The notes under the pieces were generated by a model. That model saw only the letters and a program-made list of their open reading frames with translations. It was not told the origin of the DNA and ran no database searches. The position numbers and the translations under genes were made by a program. A DNA stretch of 64,000 bases, taken from IMG/VR virus record IMGVR_UViG_3300046003_007892, positions 124,001-188,000 of that record. One strand, given 5' to 3'. Shown here in pieces: positions 17,014 to 26,994 of the stretch (within the stretch, counting starts at the first letter, position 1; every line of letters starts with the position of its first letter).

Positions 17014-17055
17014 GCTTGCCAGGATGGCAACGGGCCTGTAAGGAAAGATTTCTAC

Positions 17056-17146
17056 GCGAGGGTGCCAGAGCATTCAAATGGGCCGGACTGCAAATCCGGT
17101 GGAGCCAATAACTCCTACGAAGGTGCGAATCCTTCCCCTCGCTCCA
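17056..17146 (+). tRNA. tRNA-Cys(GCA) with long variable arm (class II / Tyr-like scaffold)
   Basis: Acceptor GCGAGGG/CCCTCGC, U73, CCA; CCGGA-CTGCAAA-TCCGG; V-arm GGAG-ccaataa-CTCC; T arm GAAGG-TGCGAAT-CCTTC. Confidence 0.88.
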
Positions 17147-17164
17147 CCCTTTCTGGAGCCAGTC

Positions 17165-17641
17165 GTGAATGTCGTAGACGAACACGAATACGGCGACGAC
17201 GGCTACCTTCTCGAAATTCGCGACTGGTGGGGCGGAGAAAGCATCGGTGCCTTCGGTCATATCCCCATCAAGGAAGTCGCCACGCAGGCTCGGCGCGACG
17301 GTAGGTCGTTCGGCTCCCAGGTTCGCGACATCCGTGCATCGGAAGGCTACTACCTGAAATCCATCAACTACGGCGCCTACCATGAACTTCGAGTTGAGTT
17401 CGAAGGTCGGGCGGGTCGCCGGACCATAACCTTGGCTGAAATCTCGGACGCCGTCTACCGCACGTTTTTGGAGTTCAGCGTTTCGTTCGAGAAACCTTGG
17501 ACGTCGATGGTGGTCAGAGCCAGGAACAAACTCCCGGAAGGCTTCATCGTTGGTTTTCAGAGCGACGCCGACCTGACCAAATACATCATGATGCTGGACG
17601 CCGCGATTGCCAGCCTGAACAAACCCTTTATAGTCAAGTAG
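17165..17641 (+). CDS. Hypothetical protein (small-family motif at C-terminus)
   Basis: GGAG SD, GTG start; [16 protein letters not shown]. Confidence 0.7.
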   Translation: MNVVDEHEYGDDGYLLEIRDWWGGESIGAFGHIPIKEVATQARRDGRSFGSQVRDIRASEGYYLKSINYGAYHELRVEFEGRAGRRTITLAEISDAVYRTFLEFSVSFEKPWTSMVVRARNKLPEGFIVGFQSDADLTKYIMMLDAAIASLNKPFIVK

Positions 17642-17649
17642 GCCCCAAG

Positions 17650-19596
17650 ATGAGCAAGTATCGCACCCACACCTGTGGCAAAGTAGACAAATGGACCGCT
17701 GGCGTCCGGGTCAAGCTCTCCGGCTGGGTCCATTCGCGTCGCGATCACGGTGGCCTGTGCTTCATCGATCTCCGGGACAACTACGGCATCGTCCAACTCG
17801 TCGCCCACCCCGAGAGCCCCGCTTTCGCTATCCTCAACGATGTCCGCCTCGAAAGCGTGATCTGCGTCGAGGGACCGGTGATTATGCGGGCCAAGGAACA
17901 CGTCAACGCCAATCTGGCTTCCGGCGAGGTCGAGGTTCAGGTCATGGCCTGCGAAGTTCTCAGCGAAGCCGAACCCCTTCCGGTGCCGGTCGTGCCGCCG
18001 CGCAACAAGGAAGGTGAGGAAGTCCTCTACCCGGAAGAGCTTCGCCTCAAGCACCGCTATCTCGACCTCCGCCGTGACGCCCTGCACCGCAACATTCTCC
18101 TCCGCAGCGACGTCATCGCTCATATTCGCGAGGGCATGATCTATCAGGGATTCCGGGAGTTTCAGACCCCCATCCTGACCGCCTCTTCGCCCGAGGGGGC
18201 GCGGGACTTCCTGGTGCCCTCCAGGGTCCATCCGGGCCAGTATTACGCCCTCCCGCAGGCCCCGCAGCAGTTCAAGCAACTCCTCATGGTCGCGGGCTTC
18301 GACCGCTATTTCCAGATCGCTCCCTGTTTCCGCGACGAGTCCGCGCGTGCCGACCGCAGCCCTGGTGAGTTCTACCAACTCGACATCGAGATGTCGTTCG
18401 TCGAGCAGGACGAAGTCTTCGCTGTCGCCGAAAAGATTCTGTCGAGCACCTTCGAAAAGTTCGCCCCCAAAGGCATGACCGTCGATCAGGCGCCCTACGT
18501 CCGTATTCCCTACCGGGAATCCATTCAGCGTTTCGGCTCCGACAAGCCCGATCTCCGAAACCCTCTGGAGTTCCGTGACGTCACCGAAACTTTCCGGGAC
18601 GGTGACTTCCCGTTCTTCGCCGACATGATCGCCAAGGACCCCGAGGCCCGCGTCTGGGGCATCGTGGCTTACGACAAGCAGTATCTGCAAGGCCTGCACG
18701 ACCCTCTGCTCCCCGAAGGCTATCCACTGGTCACGTCGGGTTTCTGCAAGAAAATGGACCAGTGGGCCAAAGACGAGGGACGGGGTCTGGCTTATATCCG
18801 CTACGCCGACGACCCCTATGTCGATGGCGTGACCCCCTATGCCCATCGCCCGCATGGGCCGGTGGCGAACAAGATCGGCGAAGACGCGGCTGGCAAGATC
18901 GGCCAGGACTTCAACATCCTCGACGCCAACGAGTGTGCCATCTTCTTCGTCGCGGGGCGGCCGGATGAGATGTATAAGTTCGCCGGACTGGTGCGCACCA
19001 AGCTGGGAGAAGAACTCGACCTGATCGAGAAGAATGCCTTCAGGTTCTGTTGGGTGGTTGACTTTCCCATGTTCGAACTCAACGACGAAGGCCGGGTGGA
19101 TTTCTCCCACAACCCCTTCTCGATGCCACAGGGCGAGATGGACGCTCTGGAGAACCAGAACCCGCTCGACATTCTCGCCTATCAATACGACATCGTCTGC
19201 AACGGCATCGAACTCTGCTCGGGCGGCATTCGGAACCACAAGCCGGAGATCATGCTCAAGGCTTTCGAGATCGCCGGGTATGGGCCCGAGATTGTCGAGC
19301 AGCAGTTCGGCGGTATGCTCAATGCTTTCCGCTACGGGGCTCCCCCGCATGGCGGCATGGCGCCCGGTATCGACCGCATCGTCATGCTCCTGGCTGGTGA
19401 GGAGAGCATCCGCGACGTCATCGCCTTCCCGCTCAACCAGCAGGGCCAGGATTTGATGATGAACGCGCCCGCGCCGCCGACCGAGAAACAGGTTCGGGAA
19501 CTCGGCCTGAAGGTTCGTCTCAAGGATGGGCCGCACCTCATCGACGGCAAGACCGCAGACGTCAAGAACGGCGTCATCACGGTGGTGCAGGGGTAG
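17650..19596 (+). CDS. aspS: Aspartyl-tRNA synthetase, probably non-discriminating
   Basis: YRTHTCG, RRDHGG (His at the ND position), [35 protein letters not shown]. Confidence 0.98.
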   Translation: MSKYRTHTCGKVDKWTAGVRVKLSGWVHSRRDHGGLCFIDLRDNYGIVQLVAHPESPAFAILNDVRLESVICVEGPVIMRAKEHVNANLASGEVEVQVMACEVLSEAEPLPVPVVPPRNKEGEEVLYPEELRLKHRYLDLRRDALHRNILLRSDVIAHIREGMIYQGFREFQTPILTASSPEGARDFLVPSRVHPGQYYALPQAPQQFKQLLMVAGFDRYFQIAPCFRDESARADRSPGEFYQLDIEMSFVEQDEVFAVAEKILSSTFEKFAPKGMTVDQAPYVRIPYRESIQRFGSDKPDLRNPLEFRDVTETFRDGDFPFFADMIAKDPEARVWGIVAYDKQYLQGLHDPLLPEGYPLVTSGFCKKMDQWAKDEGRGLAYIRYADDPYVDGVTPYAHRPHGPVANKIGEDAAGKIGQDFNILDANECAIFFVAGRPDEMYKFAGLVRTKLGEELDLIEKNAFRFCWVVDFPMFELNDEGRVDFSHNPFSMPQGEMDALENQNPLDILAYQYDIVCNGIELCSGGIRNHKPEIMLKAFEIAGYGPEIVEQQFGGMLNAFRYGAPPHGGMAPGIDRIVMLLAGEESIRDVIAFPLNQQGQDLMMNAPAPPTEKQVRELGLKVRLKDGPHLIDGKTADVKNGVITVVQG

Positions 19597-19597
19597 C

Positions 19598-19912
19598 GTG
19601 AGGGGCATCGAACAACAGACGGTGTATGACAAGCCGCCGCCTGCGGTGGGTGTCCTCGCGGCTGCGCTGAACATCAGCATCCCGGAGGCCAAGGCGGCTC
19701 TTCGGGAGTTGATCTCCGCAGGCTACGTCATCGCCCCGCGTGAGCCTACAAACTCGATGCTGGTCGCCTACTTCGAATCCTACGGCAAAGTTGCCACCAA
19801 CCCGAATACGTTCGTGGTCGGTATTGGAAAAGCTCGGCGGCGATGGGCGGCGATGGGCAAAGCGGGAACAGCGGTCGCGCTCTCGACAAAGGCTATCCCA
19901 GATGAAACGTGA
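19598..19912 (+). CDS. Hypothetical protein
   Basis: GTG start 1 nt after the aspS stop. Confidence 0.6.
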   Translation: MRGIEQQTVYDKPPPAVGVLAAALNISIPEAKAALRELISAGYVIAPREPTNSMLVAYFESYGKVATNPNTFVVGIGKARRRWAAMGKAGTAVALSTKAIPDET

Positions 19913-20120
19913 TCTAGAAGCCATCGACGCCGCGACCGACGCTGCCGCAAAGGTGGTGTCGGCTCGCCTGCCGGAGATCATCCGCGAGCACATGGGCCGT
20001 GACATGACTTTCGCCGAGGTCATCCGTGCCGGTAATGCCGCTGTGCCCGACCCGGCCGCTGGGAGGTGCCGTGCGGCGATCTCGGTTGAACTCTATAAGG
20101 AAACGATGGCCCGCCTATGA
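19902..20120 (+). CDS. Hypothetical protein
   Basis: Overlap-coupled ORF. Confidence 0.55.
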   Translation: MKRDLEAIDAATDAAAKVVSARLPEIIREHMGRDMTFAEVIRAGNAAVPDPAAGRCRAAISVELYKETMARL

Positions 20121-20506
20121 TCGACATCGACGACGAGGACAGCGAAGAAAAAGTCTGGGATGATTTCCAGAAAAACGGGTCAGCTTCGATCAGCATCAAC
20201 GGCGAGGTCGTGACCCTGACCGAACTCTTCTTCTACCGAGAGCCCGACAACCAAATCTTTTGGGCCGGGTACGTGGAGCCGCGTCGTGGTCGCGGTGGCG
20301 GCTGTGAAGACCTCAACATCCCCGACAAAGCCTTAGAGGCGATCTGTCCTGGACTGGGCATACACTGGAACACGTGCGAGCAGGGGCACGAAGTCGGCGA
20401 GCCCATCTACATGGGACGGAACAAACGGTCTCAGCAGCCCTACGATGAGGCGGAAATGAAGAGAATCGAGGCCATCTTCGTCTCGAAGGGTTTCCGGGTC
20501 CTCTAA
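20117..20506 (+). CDS. Hypothetical protein
   Basis: ATGA coupling. Confidence 0.65.
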   Translation: MIDIDDEDSEEKVWDDFQKNGSASISINGEVVTLTELFFYREPDNQIFWAGYVEPRRGRGGGCEDLNIPDKALEAICPGLGIHWNTCEQGHEVGEPIYMGRNKRSQQPYDEAEMKRIEAIFVSKGFRVL

Positions 20507-20509
20507 CAT

Positions 20510-20541
20510 TTACTTGACAAGTCATCGCGGCATGCTACTGT
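20510..20541 (+). promoter_or_regulatory. Early-type promoter ACTTGACAAG-class
   Basis: TTGACA-N16-TACTGT; first 20 nt identical to 62407-62426. Confidence 0.75.
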
Positions 20542-20568
20542 GCGGCATCGCTTCACAGGATTGTCCCG

Positions 20569-21426
20569 ATGATCGTCGCCCCGCACCTTCACCTCGCCCT
20601 CTTCTGCCTCGTCAGTTTCCAGGTCTGGACTCGCGAAGACCGCGCGTGGGTGGTCGGCGCCAAGGATGAGATCGACCTCGATTTTGAGGGCGTGCAGGAA
20701 CTGATCGACCTCGGTCTCGTGGACCGTCAGGTGAACCCCAAGCAAGGCGCCAACGTCGGCAACACGTGGCTGCGCGTCGATGACTACGACAGCCCGGCCA
20801 ATAAGGCGTTCGACGAGACGTTCGCTGTCCATCCCCTGCCGGAACATCCGGGCCTGTGGGCCATCGGCGACTGGGATGAGGGCACGAACACCATCTACGT
20901 CCCGGCACCGGAAGGCAGCGTCCAAGGCGAAAACGGCGTCTTCGACAGCGAATCGAACGGTTGCCTCATGATGCCGGTCAATACGCCGGTCCCGCGTCTC
21001 CGCAACGCCTTCAACGAAGACCTCAGGATGTGGGGGCCGACGACCGAGAGAAACGCCTACTATGCGCGTTTCCGGGGTTCGAAGCGGCGTCACAATGTCG
21101 GCTACGCCGACGCCTCCATGCTGGCCACGCTGCGGTGTATCATCGAAGATGAGGTCTACTCGTCGGGTCACCTCTACTGCGTGGGGGTCGAGGACAAGTT
21201 CAAGGGCACGGGCAAGTATGCCCCTATTCTCGACAGCAGTGCCCTGTATGTGATGCTTCGCTTCGGCATTGCGGAAGTCACCCGCGAATACGAGCGCGGC
21301 GTCTCCAGCGAGGGCTACGGCGTCACCGACCTGGGCCGCAAGGTCTACGAAATCCTGATGGCCAACTACGACAAGTTGGCCGACAAGAAACGCTACGAAG
21401 AAATCGCCAAAGCGATGGGGTGGTAA
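20569..21426 (+). CDS. Hypothetical protein
   Basis: 285 aa, strong codon bias. Confidence 0.75.
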   Translation: MIVAPHLHLALFCLVSFQVWTREDRAWVVGAKDEIDLDFEGVQELIDLGLVDRQVNPKQGANVGNTWLRVDDYDSPANKAFDETFAVHPLPEHPGLWAIGDWDEGTNTIYVPAPEGSVQGENGVFDSESNGCLMMPVNTPVPRLRNAFNEDLRMWGPTTERNAYYARFRGSKRRHNVGYADASMLATLRCIIEDEVYSSGHLYCVGVEDKFKGTGKYAPILDSSALYVMLRFGIAEVTREYERGVSSEGYGVTDLGRKVYEILMANYDKLADKKRYEEIAKAMGW

Positions 21427-21427
21427 G

Positions 21428-21730
21428 ATGGCCCAGACGGGAAGACTTGTTCGGAAAACCGACCACGACACCGACGCCGGTATTCTGGCCGTCTACAGCA
21501 ATGGCCTGACCGGAAAGTTCGTCTGCCTCTACGACGGTGCCGCGCAGGGTCTGGACACCGACGCGGGGAAATACACCCTGCTGTGCACCTGCCACGGCCT
21601 GACGCTGTCCCACAACAACCGCGCCCAAGCGGCGCAGATGGCCCGCAACCCGACTGAATGGTGCGAGGAGTGCCGCGATGCGGACGACGAACTCCAAGCC
21701 CTGGCGGCCAAGATCAAAGGAGAACTGTAA
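21428..21730 (+). CDS. Hypothetical protein with possible Zn-binding motif
   Basis: CTCHG...WCEEC. Confidence 0.7.
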   Translation: MAQTGRLVRKTDHDTDAGILAVYSNGLTGKFVCLYDGAAQGLDTDAGKYTLLCTCHGLTLSHNNRAQAAQMARNPTEWCEECRDADDELQALAAKIKGEL

Positions 21731-21936
21731 TGCGTCTCGGCGAACTCAAGAAACAGATCGGCGACCATCCGGGCTCCGTCTTCGCTTGGTCGAACCTCCT
21801 CGATAGCTGGGTTGCCCAACAGAAGGGCAGTCTCAAGGATGCGCTCGACCACAAGTTCGAGAAGAAACGCAACGTCGAGACCTACATGAAGATCGAGCCC
21901 GCGACCGGGCGTCTGGTCCACGACCGCGAAGACTGA
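21730..21936 (+). CDS. Hypothetical protein
   Basis: TAATG coupling, GGAG SD. Confidence 0.65.
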   Translation: MRLGELKKQIGDHPGSVFAWSNLLDSWVAQQKGSLKDALDHKFEKKRNVETYMKIEPATGRLVHDRED

Positions 21937-21972
21937 CTTGACATTACCATCGGGGCGAGTATTGGGTATCGT

Positions 21973-22287
21973 ATGGAATGGTTCACCGAAAAATATGCAG
22001 CCCTGATGGCCAACGAAGTTTTCGTCTCGTTGGCCATGAGCGTGATCGCAGCCGTTGGCTCCACCATGCTGGTCGTCATGCCCCTCCTGGTCTGGTGCGC
22101 ATGGCGGGTGCGGAAGCACATGGCCGACATGGTCAACTGGGACGTCGTCCGCGTCGTCACCACGCAGGCCCACGAATATCAGATTCATCGAACCACCGGC
22201 AAGCGACGTGTGACCTCGCGTCTCATCCCCGTTCCGCCCATCGACAAAGACTGGCTGGCCGGTCGCACGGAGAAACTCCATGACTGA
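21973..22287 (+). CDS. Hypothetical membrane protein
   Basis: One TM segment; upstream TTGACA promoter. Confidence 0.65.
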   Translation: MEWFTEKYAALMANEVFVSLAMSVIAAVGSTMLVVMPLLVWCAWRVRKHMADMVNWDVVRVVTTQAHEYQIHRTTGKRRVTSRLIPVPPIDKDWLAGRTEKLHD

Positions 22288-22960
22288 CGCTCCAATCAAG
22301 ACGGCGGCCGAAATAAGCCGCGAGTATCGTCGCAGCCTCAACAAATGGCAGATCGCTTTTCTGTATCTGTTCTGCGCTTGCGCCATCGCCTTCCTTGTTG
22401 TGATCATCGCCGCCGTGAACGGTTTCCTACCGGAATCGTATCTCAAGACGGCGGTCGAGACTTTTCCGTGGGTCATCGGGCCGATCTTTGGCGCCATCAT
22501 GGTCTTTCAAACCATGAGCATCATTGCCGAAGGCAAAGCCTTACTGGCGAGAGATGTGCGCATCGCCGCCCTGATGGCCCGCCGCTACAAAATCTACACA
22601 GTGGTCTCCCGTGAGGCCATGGCCAAGATGGGCGACGAGGTCGGCAAGATGTTCGCACAGGGCGGACACGCCGCCCTTCATGCTTGGTGGGATTCCTTCA
22701 CTCGCTTCCCCCTGTTTGCTAAGGCGTACAAGGACAGCCAGCACGCTTTCAAGATCACTCTGGTCGTGGACACCGATGCGGAGCTTGAGGCCCTCTACGA
22801 GGCCTTCCAGCCGATTTGCGGGGTATCCCTGGTTCGAGACGCCGGGTTCACCGTTTTCAAGGAGCCCACGATCACCTGTTTGGGCATCGGCCCCATCGCC
22901 GACGAGGACCGGGGTGCGCTGGCCGACCTGAAGACCCTGAGGCCCGCCAAGTCGAAATGA
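22280..22960 (+). CDS. Pth2-type peptidyl-tRNA hydrolase with N-terminal two-TM extension
   Basis: GKMFAQGGHA, KITLVV, VRDAGFT, TITCLGIGP; two hydrophobic helices in the first 85 aa. Confidence 0.88.
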   Translation: MTDAPIKTAAEISREYRRSLNKWQIAFLYLFCACAIAFLVVIIAAVNGFLPESYLKTAVETFPWVIGPIFGAIMVFQTMSIIAEGKALLARDVRIAALMARRYKIYTVVSREAMAKMGDEVGKMFAQGGHAALHAWWDSFTRFPLFAKAYKDSQHAFKITLVVDTDAELEALYEAFQPICGVSLVRDAGFTVFKEPTITCLGIGPIADEDRGALADLKTLRPAKSK

Positions 22961-23325
22961 GTTGGCCCCCTCGCTATCTCGATATCCACAACTACTTCAA
23001 CGAGGATGAATTCCGCTCGTTGGGGTATGTGGATATCGGCCTCTTCACGCAGGCCGAACTCGTTGATGAGGATAGGCGGGTCGATCTGTCCCGCGTCGGC
23101 TTCCCCTACATCTTCCGAATCGAAGACACCGACCGCACGAGCGCATTCACCCTCGCCGTGGCGAACATGATCTTCGCCCAGCCGGGTCTCCTCGAACGCT
23201 GGACGTCGCTCCGGGTGGGGAGCGAGATCATCATGGGGTTCACGACCGCGCTCGAAGTGACCAAGTTCCGCCTCATGGTGGACCCCCTTCTGGCCGAGTA
23301 TCAATTTCAGATTCCCGATGATTGA
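22957..23325 (+). CDS. Hypothetical protein (small-family-like)
   Basis: ATGA coupling; GFTTALEVTKFRLMV. Confidence 0.65.
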   Translation: MSWPPRYLDIHNYFNEDEFRSLGYVDIGLFTQAELVDEDRRVDLSRVGFPYIFRIEDTDRTSAFTLAVANMIFAQPGLLERWTSLRVGSEIIMGFTTALEVTKFRLMVDPLLAEYQFQIPDD

Positions 23326-23785
23326 ATTCCTCACCCCGGTCGAGGATGACCACTTCCTTCGCGGCGCCCCAGCCGAGCCCCTGTTCTGCGACTGGTTCAT
23401 CCCCGAGCATTTCACCCATCTGGGCTACCAACCGCTGGCGGAATGCGGGCCCGTCATGAGCCAGGAAGACGGTGAGAACATCATCGACCTGACGCCCAGC
23501 GGCTTCGTACATTTCATGAAGATTCCGCGTGGTCGAGACCAGATCGCGTTCGGGAACGCGGTCGGTTCGGTCATCATCGACCAGAGTCTTTCGATGCGGT
23601 TTACGTCGATCAATGCCCGCTACGTTGGGGGCGTGTACGACAAGAGTATCGCCCACAAAAACGCCGCACGGCCCACGCTCCACGACGGCGACGGCTATAT
23701 CATGCTCACCAAGTTGTCCGAACTCGCCAAACTCAAGATGCTTATATTGCAAGTCACTGAGGACTATGGTTATCGTTTCAGATGA
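23318..23785 (+). CDS. Hypothetical protein (small-family-like)
   Basis: Overlap coupling; MLTKLSELAKLKML. Confidence 0.65.
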   Translation: MIEFLTPVEDDHFLRGAPAEPLFCDWFIPEHFTHLGYQPLAECGPVMSQEDGENIIDLTPSGFVHFMKIPRGRDQIAFGNAVGSVIIDQSLSMRFTSINARYVGGVYDKSIAHKNAARPTLHDGDGYIMLTKLSELAKLKMLILQVTEDYGYRFR

Positions 23786-24177
23786 CCTACAAATGCCCCG
23801 GCGACGAAAAGCAGCCGAACAACTGGTTCAATCCCGTCACCTTCAAGCCGTATGGCTACGTCGATTACATCGACCTTCGCGATAAAGGTTTCGAGACCCT
23901 GGTCAGCACTGACGGGGAGCGGCGAGAGTGGTCATTCGACACCGCTGCCGTGGGTTTCATGAAGGAATGCTATAGCATCTCTGGAGATCAGAGAACCATG
24001 GACATCATGATGGAGGAATTGGCCGTTCTCCTGATAGAGTACGGTCTCGTCATGCAACCCTGGTCCTCTGTGACCATACGGGGGACCGTCATGATGTTCT
24101 TTACCGACAAAAAAGATTTGACCAAGCTCCTCTTCATTGGAGACCCGGTTTTGGGAAAAATCCCTGACGCCGAATGA
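23782..24177 (+). CDS. Hypothetical protein (small-family member)
   Basis: MFFTDKKDLTKLLFI. Confidence 0.65.
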   Translation: MTYKCPGDEKQPNNWFNPVTFKPYGYVDYIDLRDKGFETLVSTDGERREWSFDTAAVGFMKECYSISGDQRTMDIMMEELAVLLIEYGLVMQPWSSVTIRGTVMMFFTDKKDLTKLLFIGDPVLGKIPDAE

Positions 24178-24179
24178 AT

Positions 24180-24209
24180 ACTTGACAAGTATCCATTATC
24201 CCCTACACT
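24180..24209 (+). promoter_or_regulatory. Early-type promoter ACTTGACAAG-class
   Basis: TTGACA-N16-TACACT. Confidence 0.7.
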
Positions 24210-24223
24210 GGCGTGAGGAGGAT

Positions 24224-24634
24224 ATGATGAAAACCACGACTTTGGATTTGGTGATGGACAAGCCGCTCGCCAACGCCCCGTATGTGCGCCCGCAAGAGAT
24301 GGCGCCCGCGTCGATGAACGGCATCATCTTCGGCGTTCGGTCGCGCATCCTGGTCCGCTCCGCCGATTATCTGCTGGTCTGGGTTCCCGGCCACACCATC
24401 TATCTGAATCGCATGCAGGGCTCGGGCTATGGCTCGTCGTCCCTCCAGGTCGTCGGCAACAAGCGGCCGGTCCAGTATTACCGCACGCTGGTTCGCGGTG
24501 GTCGTCTCAATGAGGCGATGCTCAAGAGCAAGGCGGTCGAGATCGACGAACTCTTCGGTGAAGGAACTGCTGCCGCCATCGATCTCAAAGCCACCTTCGC
24601 CCTCGGCACGCCCGACTGGTTCCAGCCCCGGTGA
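24224..24634 (+). CDS. Hypothetical protein
   Basis: GAGGAGG SD. Confidence 0.7.
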   Translation: MMKTTTLDLVMDKPLANAPYVRPQEMAPASMNGIIFGVRSRILVRSADYLLVWVPGHTIYLNRMQGSGYGSSSLQVVGNKRPVQYYRTLVRGGRLNEAMLKSKAVEIDELFGEGTAAAIDLKATFALGTPDWFQPR

Positions 24635-24909
24635 AGAAAACCACCTACGAGTATGGGGTCCACGAGACCAATGCGGAGGCCTGTCAGTTCGTGGTCTGCT
24701 TCCCGGTACGCCGACATGCAGGGCGTCACTGGGGCGACCGCAAGCTGATCATGAAATGGCTGCGCAACAACGCCCCCAAGGGCAGCTACCTCACGCCGTC
24801 GCACAACTTCCGCAACGAAGCCGGGGAAGAAATCTGGATGGTTCGCGTTGAGACCTTCACGCTCGCCACCGCCCTCTACTTGGTCTTCGGTGAAGGTTTC
24901 GGCGGGTAG
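24631..24909 (+). CDS. Hypothetical protein (small-family-like)
   Basis: LIMKWLRNN...VRVETFTLATALYLVF. Confidence 0.6.
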   Translation: MKKTTYEYGVHETNAEACQFVVCFPVRRHAGRHWGDRKLIMKWLRNNAPKGSYLTPSHNFRNEAGEEIWMVRVETFTLATALYLVFGEGFGG

Positions 24910-26570
24910 ACGGAGTCCACGATCTTCTTCAGAACGCCGCCGTGGCGGTCGTAGGCGCACGCGCCGATAGCACTCGTTCGGTCCAGCTTCTGGACGGCCA
25001 TCTTCATCTGCGCTGGCGTGAATTCCTTCTGCGGCATGTAGCCGACCATCTGCATCCGGTTGTAGGGCTCAAGCTTGTCCAGGAAATTTAGGAAGATCGG
25101 CATCGGGATGCGGTTGGCCTCATAGGAGGCATAATACTTTCTCGCGAACATTTCGACGTCGTGATCGAGTGTCGCTTGCAGGATAAACGGCGGGACGTCG
25201 CCGGGACCACCAGTCCAGGATTCAAGAACGTGGGGGTCGCGGGCAATCAGGGTTTCCATGTTGGCTTGGCTCATCCGCAGGCCCTGGTAATATTTTCTGA
25301 ACTTCTCGTGGTTCTGGAGAATGAACTGCTGAACTCCAGCGGACAGCTTGCGGCCGACTGCGCGGCGAGGCGTCTCTGAGATGATCTCGATCACCTGCTT
25401 GTCTCCAAACGGAGCGATGCTCATGATGAGATTGTCAGTCTCCCCCATGGCGCACAACGGGTCAGCCATGATGCGGTCCTGCACGGACTTCGGAAGATCG
25501 CTCCACTGTATACCATTGTTGCCCAGACCGGACAGCACGATAGACGACGTGTAGAGGAATGAGATGATCTCATCGTCGGACAGTTTGCCTTGCCGCATCT
25601 GGTTGATGAAAATCTGCGGCTTGGCCGACCAGATTGCACGGTTGGACTTCGGCTCGTTGCCTTCGTAGCGGTTATTGACCGTCTGGAGGAGCTTGATGCC
25701 CTTCATGGACATGAAGACAGCCTGCGAGGGCTCGTTCTCGTGGATGATGCCCTGGCCCTCGTGCTTGGACCAGTCGTAGTCCAGGACGCCGTCGTAGCCC
25801 ATCTTGCGAAGAATCTTGTTCCAGTCCAGAGACGGGTTGAGGCTTTCTTCGTCGTCGGCCCAAGAATTCTGGGTCTCGTATTCGTCGAGGTCGCGATGAT
25901 ATTGCTCTACCGCCCCCGCGTGGGTCTCCAGTGCCTCTTCCCATTCGTCTTCGCTGTCGAAGTCCTCGTATTCTGGCTCGTCGGGCCATTCCGGGCGGGT
26001 CAGGTCGGGGTCCACGAGACGCATCTTCGTTTTTTCGAGTGCGGCCTTGTAGAGAACATTCCACAGGGCGCCGCCCTCGGTATCTACGGGGAGATCGTCA
26101 TCCGGGACTTCGTTGAACTCCGAAGATGCGTAGCGGACATCCGATACGCTCACCTTGGCGAGGTCGAGAACATTCAGCGACGGGCTGATCTCGAATACCT
26201 GGATGTATGGAGCCGTGGAAGCGAACTCGACGCCGCCTTTGCCCTTATGGAGCACGTAGTCGATAGGGTAGGCGTAGATGCCCAGCGGTGTCCGATAGCT
26301 GGACTGGGGGTTGATGCCCAGTTTGGCTCCACGGGTATTGTGGGTCTTACCGGATGCGCCCGAGACGCCGCCGTCGCGGAAGTTCTTGCCTTCGATCTTG
26401 CCGCCGTAACTGCCAGCCTTGCCCATATGGGTCAGGTTGCCGACGTCTTCCGTGTAGGAGACGAACACGTCCTTTCGGCCCTCGTAGGGACGAAGCTGAT
26501 CTTCAATCGAACGCTTGAAGTTCTGGTCGGGATTCCGTCGCTGTTCGAGGAGGATTTCGTGGAAACGCAT
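24876..26570 (-). CDS. Putative internal head protein with ART-like motifs and acidic insert
   Basis: MRFHEILLE N-terminus; PLGIYAYP, GYDGVLDY, GIIHENEPSQAVF; CTAAATA 4 nt upstream of ATG. Confidence 0.75.
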   Translation of the reverse strand: MRFHEILLEQRRNPDQNFKRSIEDQLRPYEGRKDVFVSYTEDVGNLTHMGKAGSYGGKIEGKNFRDGGVSGASGKTHNTRGAKLGINPQSSYRTPLGIYAYPIDYVLHKGKGGVEFASTAPYIQVFEISPSLNVLDLAKVSVSDVRYASSEFNEVPDDDLPVDTEGGALWNVLYKAALEKTKMRLVDPDLTRPEWPDEPEYEDFDSEDEWEEALETHAGAVEQYHRDLDEYETQNSWADDEESLNPSLDWNKILRKMGYDGVLDYDWSKHEGQGIIHENEPSQAVFMSMKGIKLLQTVNNRYEGNEPKSNRAIWSAKPQIFINQMRQGKLSDDEIISFLYTSSIVLSGLGNNGIQWSDLPKSVQDRIMADPLCAMGETDNLIMSIAPFGDKQVIEIISETPRRAVGRKLSAGVQQFILQNHEKFRKYYQGLRMSQANMETLIARDPHVLESWTGGPGDVPPFILQATLDHDVEMFARKYYASYEANRIPMPIFLNFLDKLEPYNRMQMVGYMPQKEFTPAQMKMAVQKLDRTSAIGACAYDRHGGVLKKIVDSVYPPKPSPKTK

Positions 26571-26574
26571 CCAC

Positions 26575-26581
26575 TATTTAG
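26575..26581 (-). promoter_or_regulatory. Late promoter, leaderless configuration
   Basis: CTAAATA-GTGG-ATG; the TAA is also the stop of 26578..26994. Confidence 0.7.
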
Positions 26582-26994
26582 ACCGGGTCGCTGACCTCGA
26601 ACGAGTCGAAAATAAAAACGAGACGGTGAACCTGGGGGTTGCCGTCCATGGTGTTCATATTCATGTCGGTGACCGCGTGCGTGTAGAGACGGCAGCCGAG
26701 AAAGTTTCTCGTCGCCCCCTTCTCTCTCTTGCCCTGCCGATTGATATTGTGGGGCGTCATTCGAACCGCGACTTTGCTGGCCTCGTCATTGGAACCTCGG
26801 GACGACGCCATGCGGCCGATCATCCTGACGATGCGTCCGTCGAGATCATCGGCGGCAGCTAGCCAAACCCGATGAGCGGTGAGATCAAATCCGATTTCGT
26901 GGACATGGTTGGCCCAGATGCTCGGCTCATCGGCCAGCATGAGCATCATTCCAGTCACATCCACCACGAACCTGTTGGACGCGGTTCTGGTCAT
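26578..26994 (-). CDS. Hypothetical protein, paralog of 26991..27464
   Basis: RFVVDV...HRLVFIFDSFEV aligns by eye with its neighbour. Confidence 0.7.
   Translation of the reverse strand: MTRTASNRFVVDVTGMMLMLADEPSIWANHVHEIGFDLTAHRVWLAAADDLDGRIVRMIGRMASSRGSNDEASKVAVRMTPHNINRQGKREKGATRNFLGCRLYTHAVTDMNMNTMDGNPQVHRLVFIFDSFEVSDPV

Noticed and set aside
17557-19692. Long antisense ORFs (also 13031..14035, 25590..26594, 34388..35683, 52430..53818, 56048..57745, 57748..59025)
   Set aside because: Shadow frames caused by GC3-biased codon usage opposite well-supported genes.
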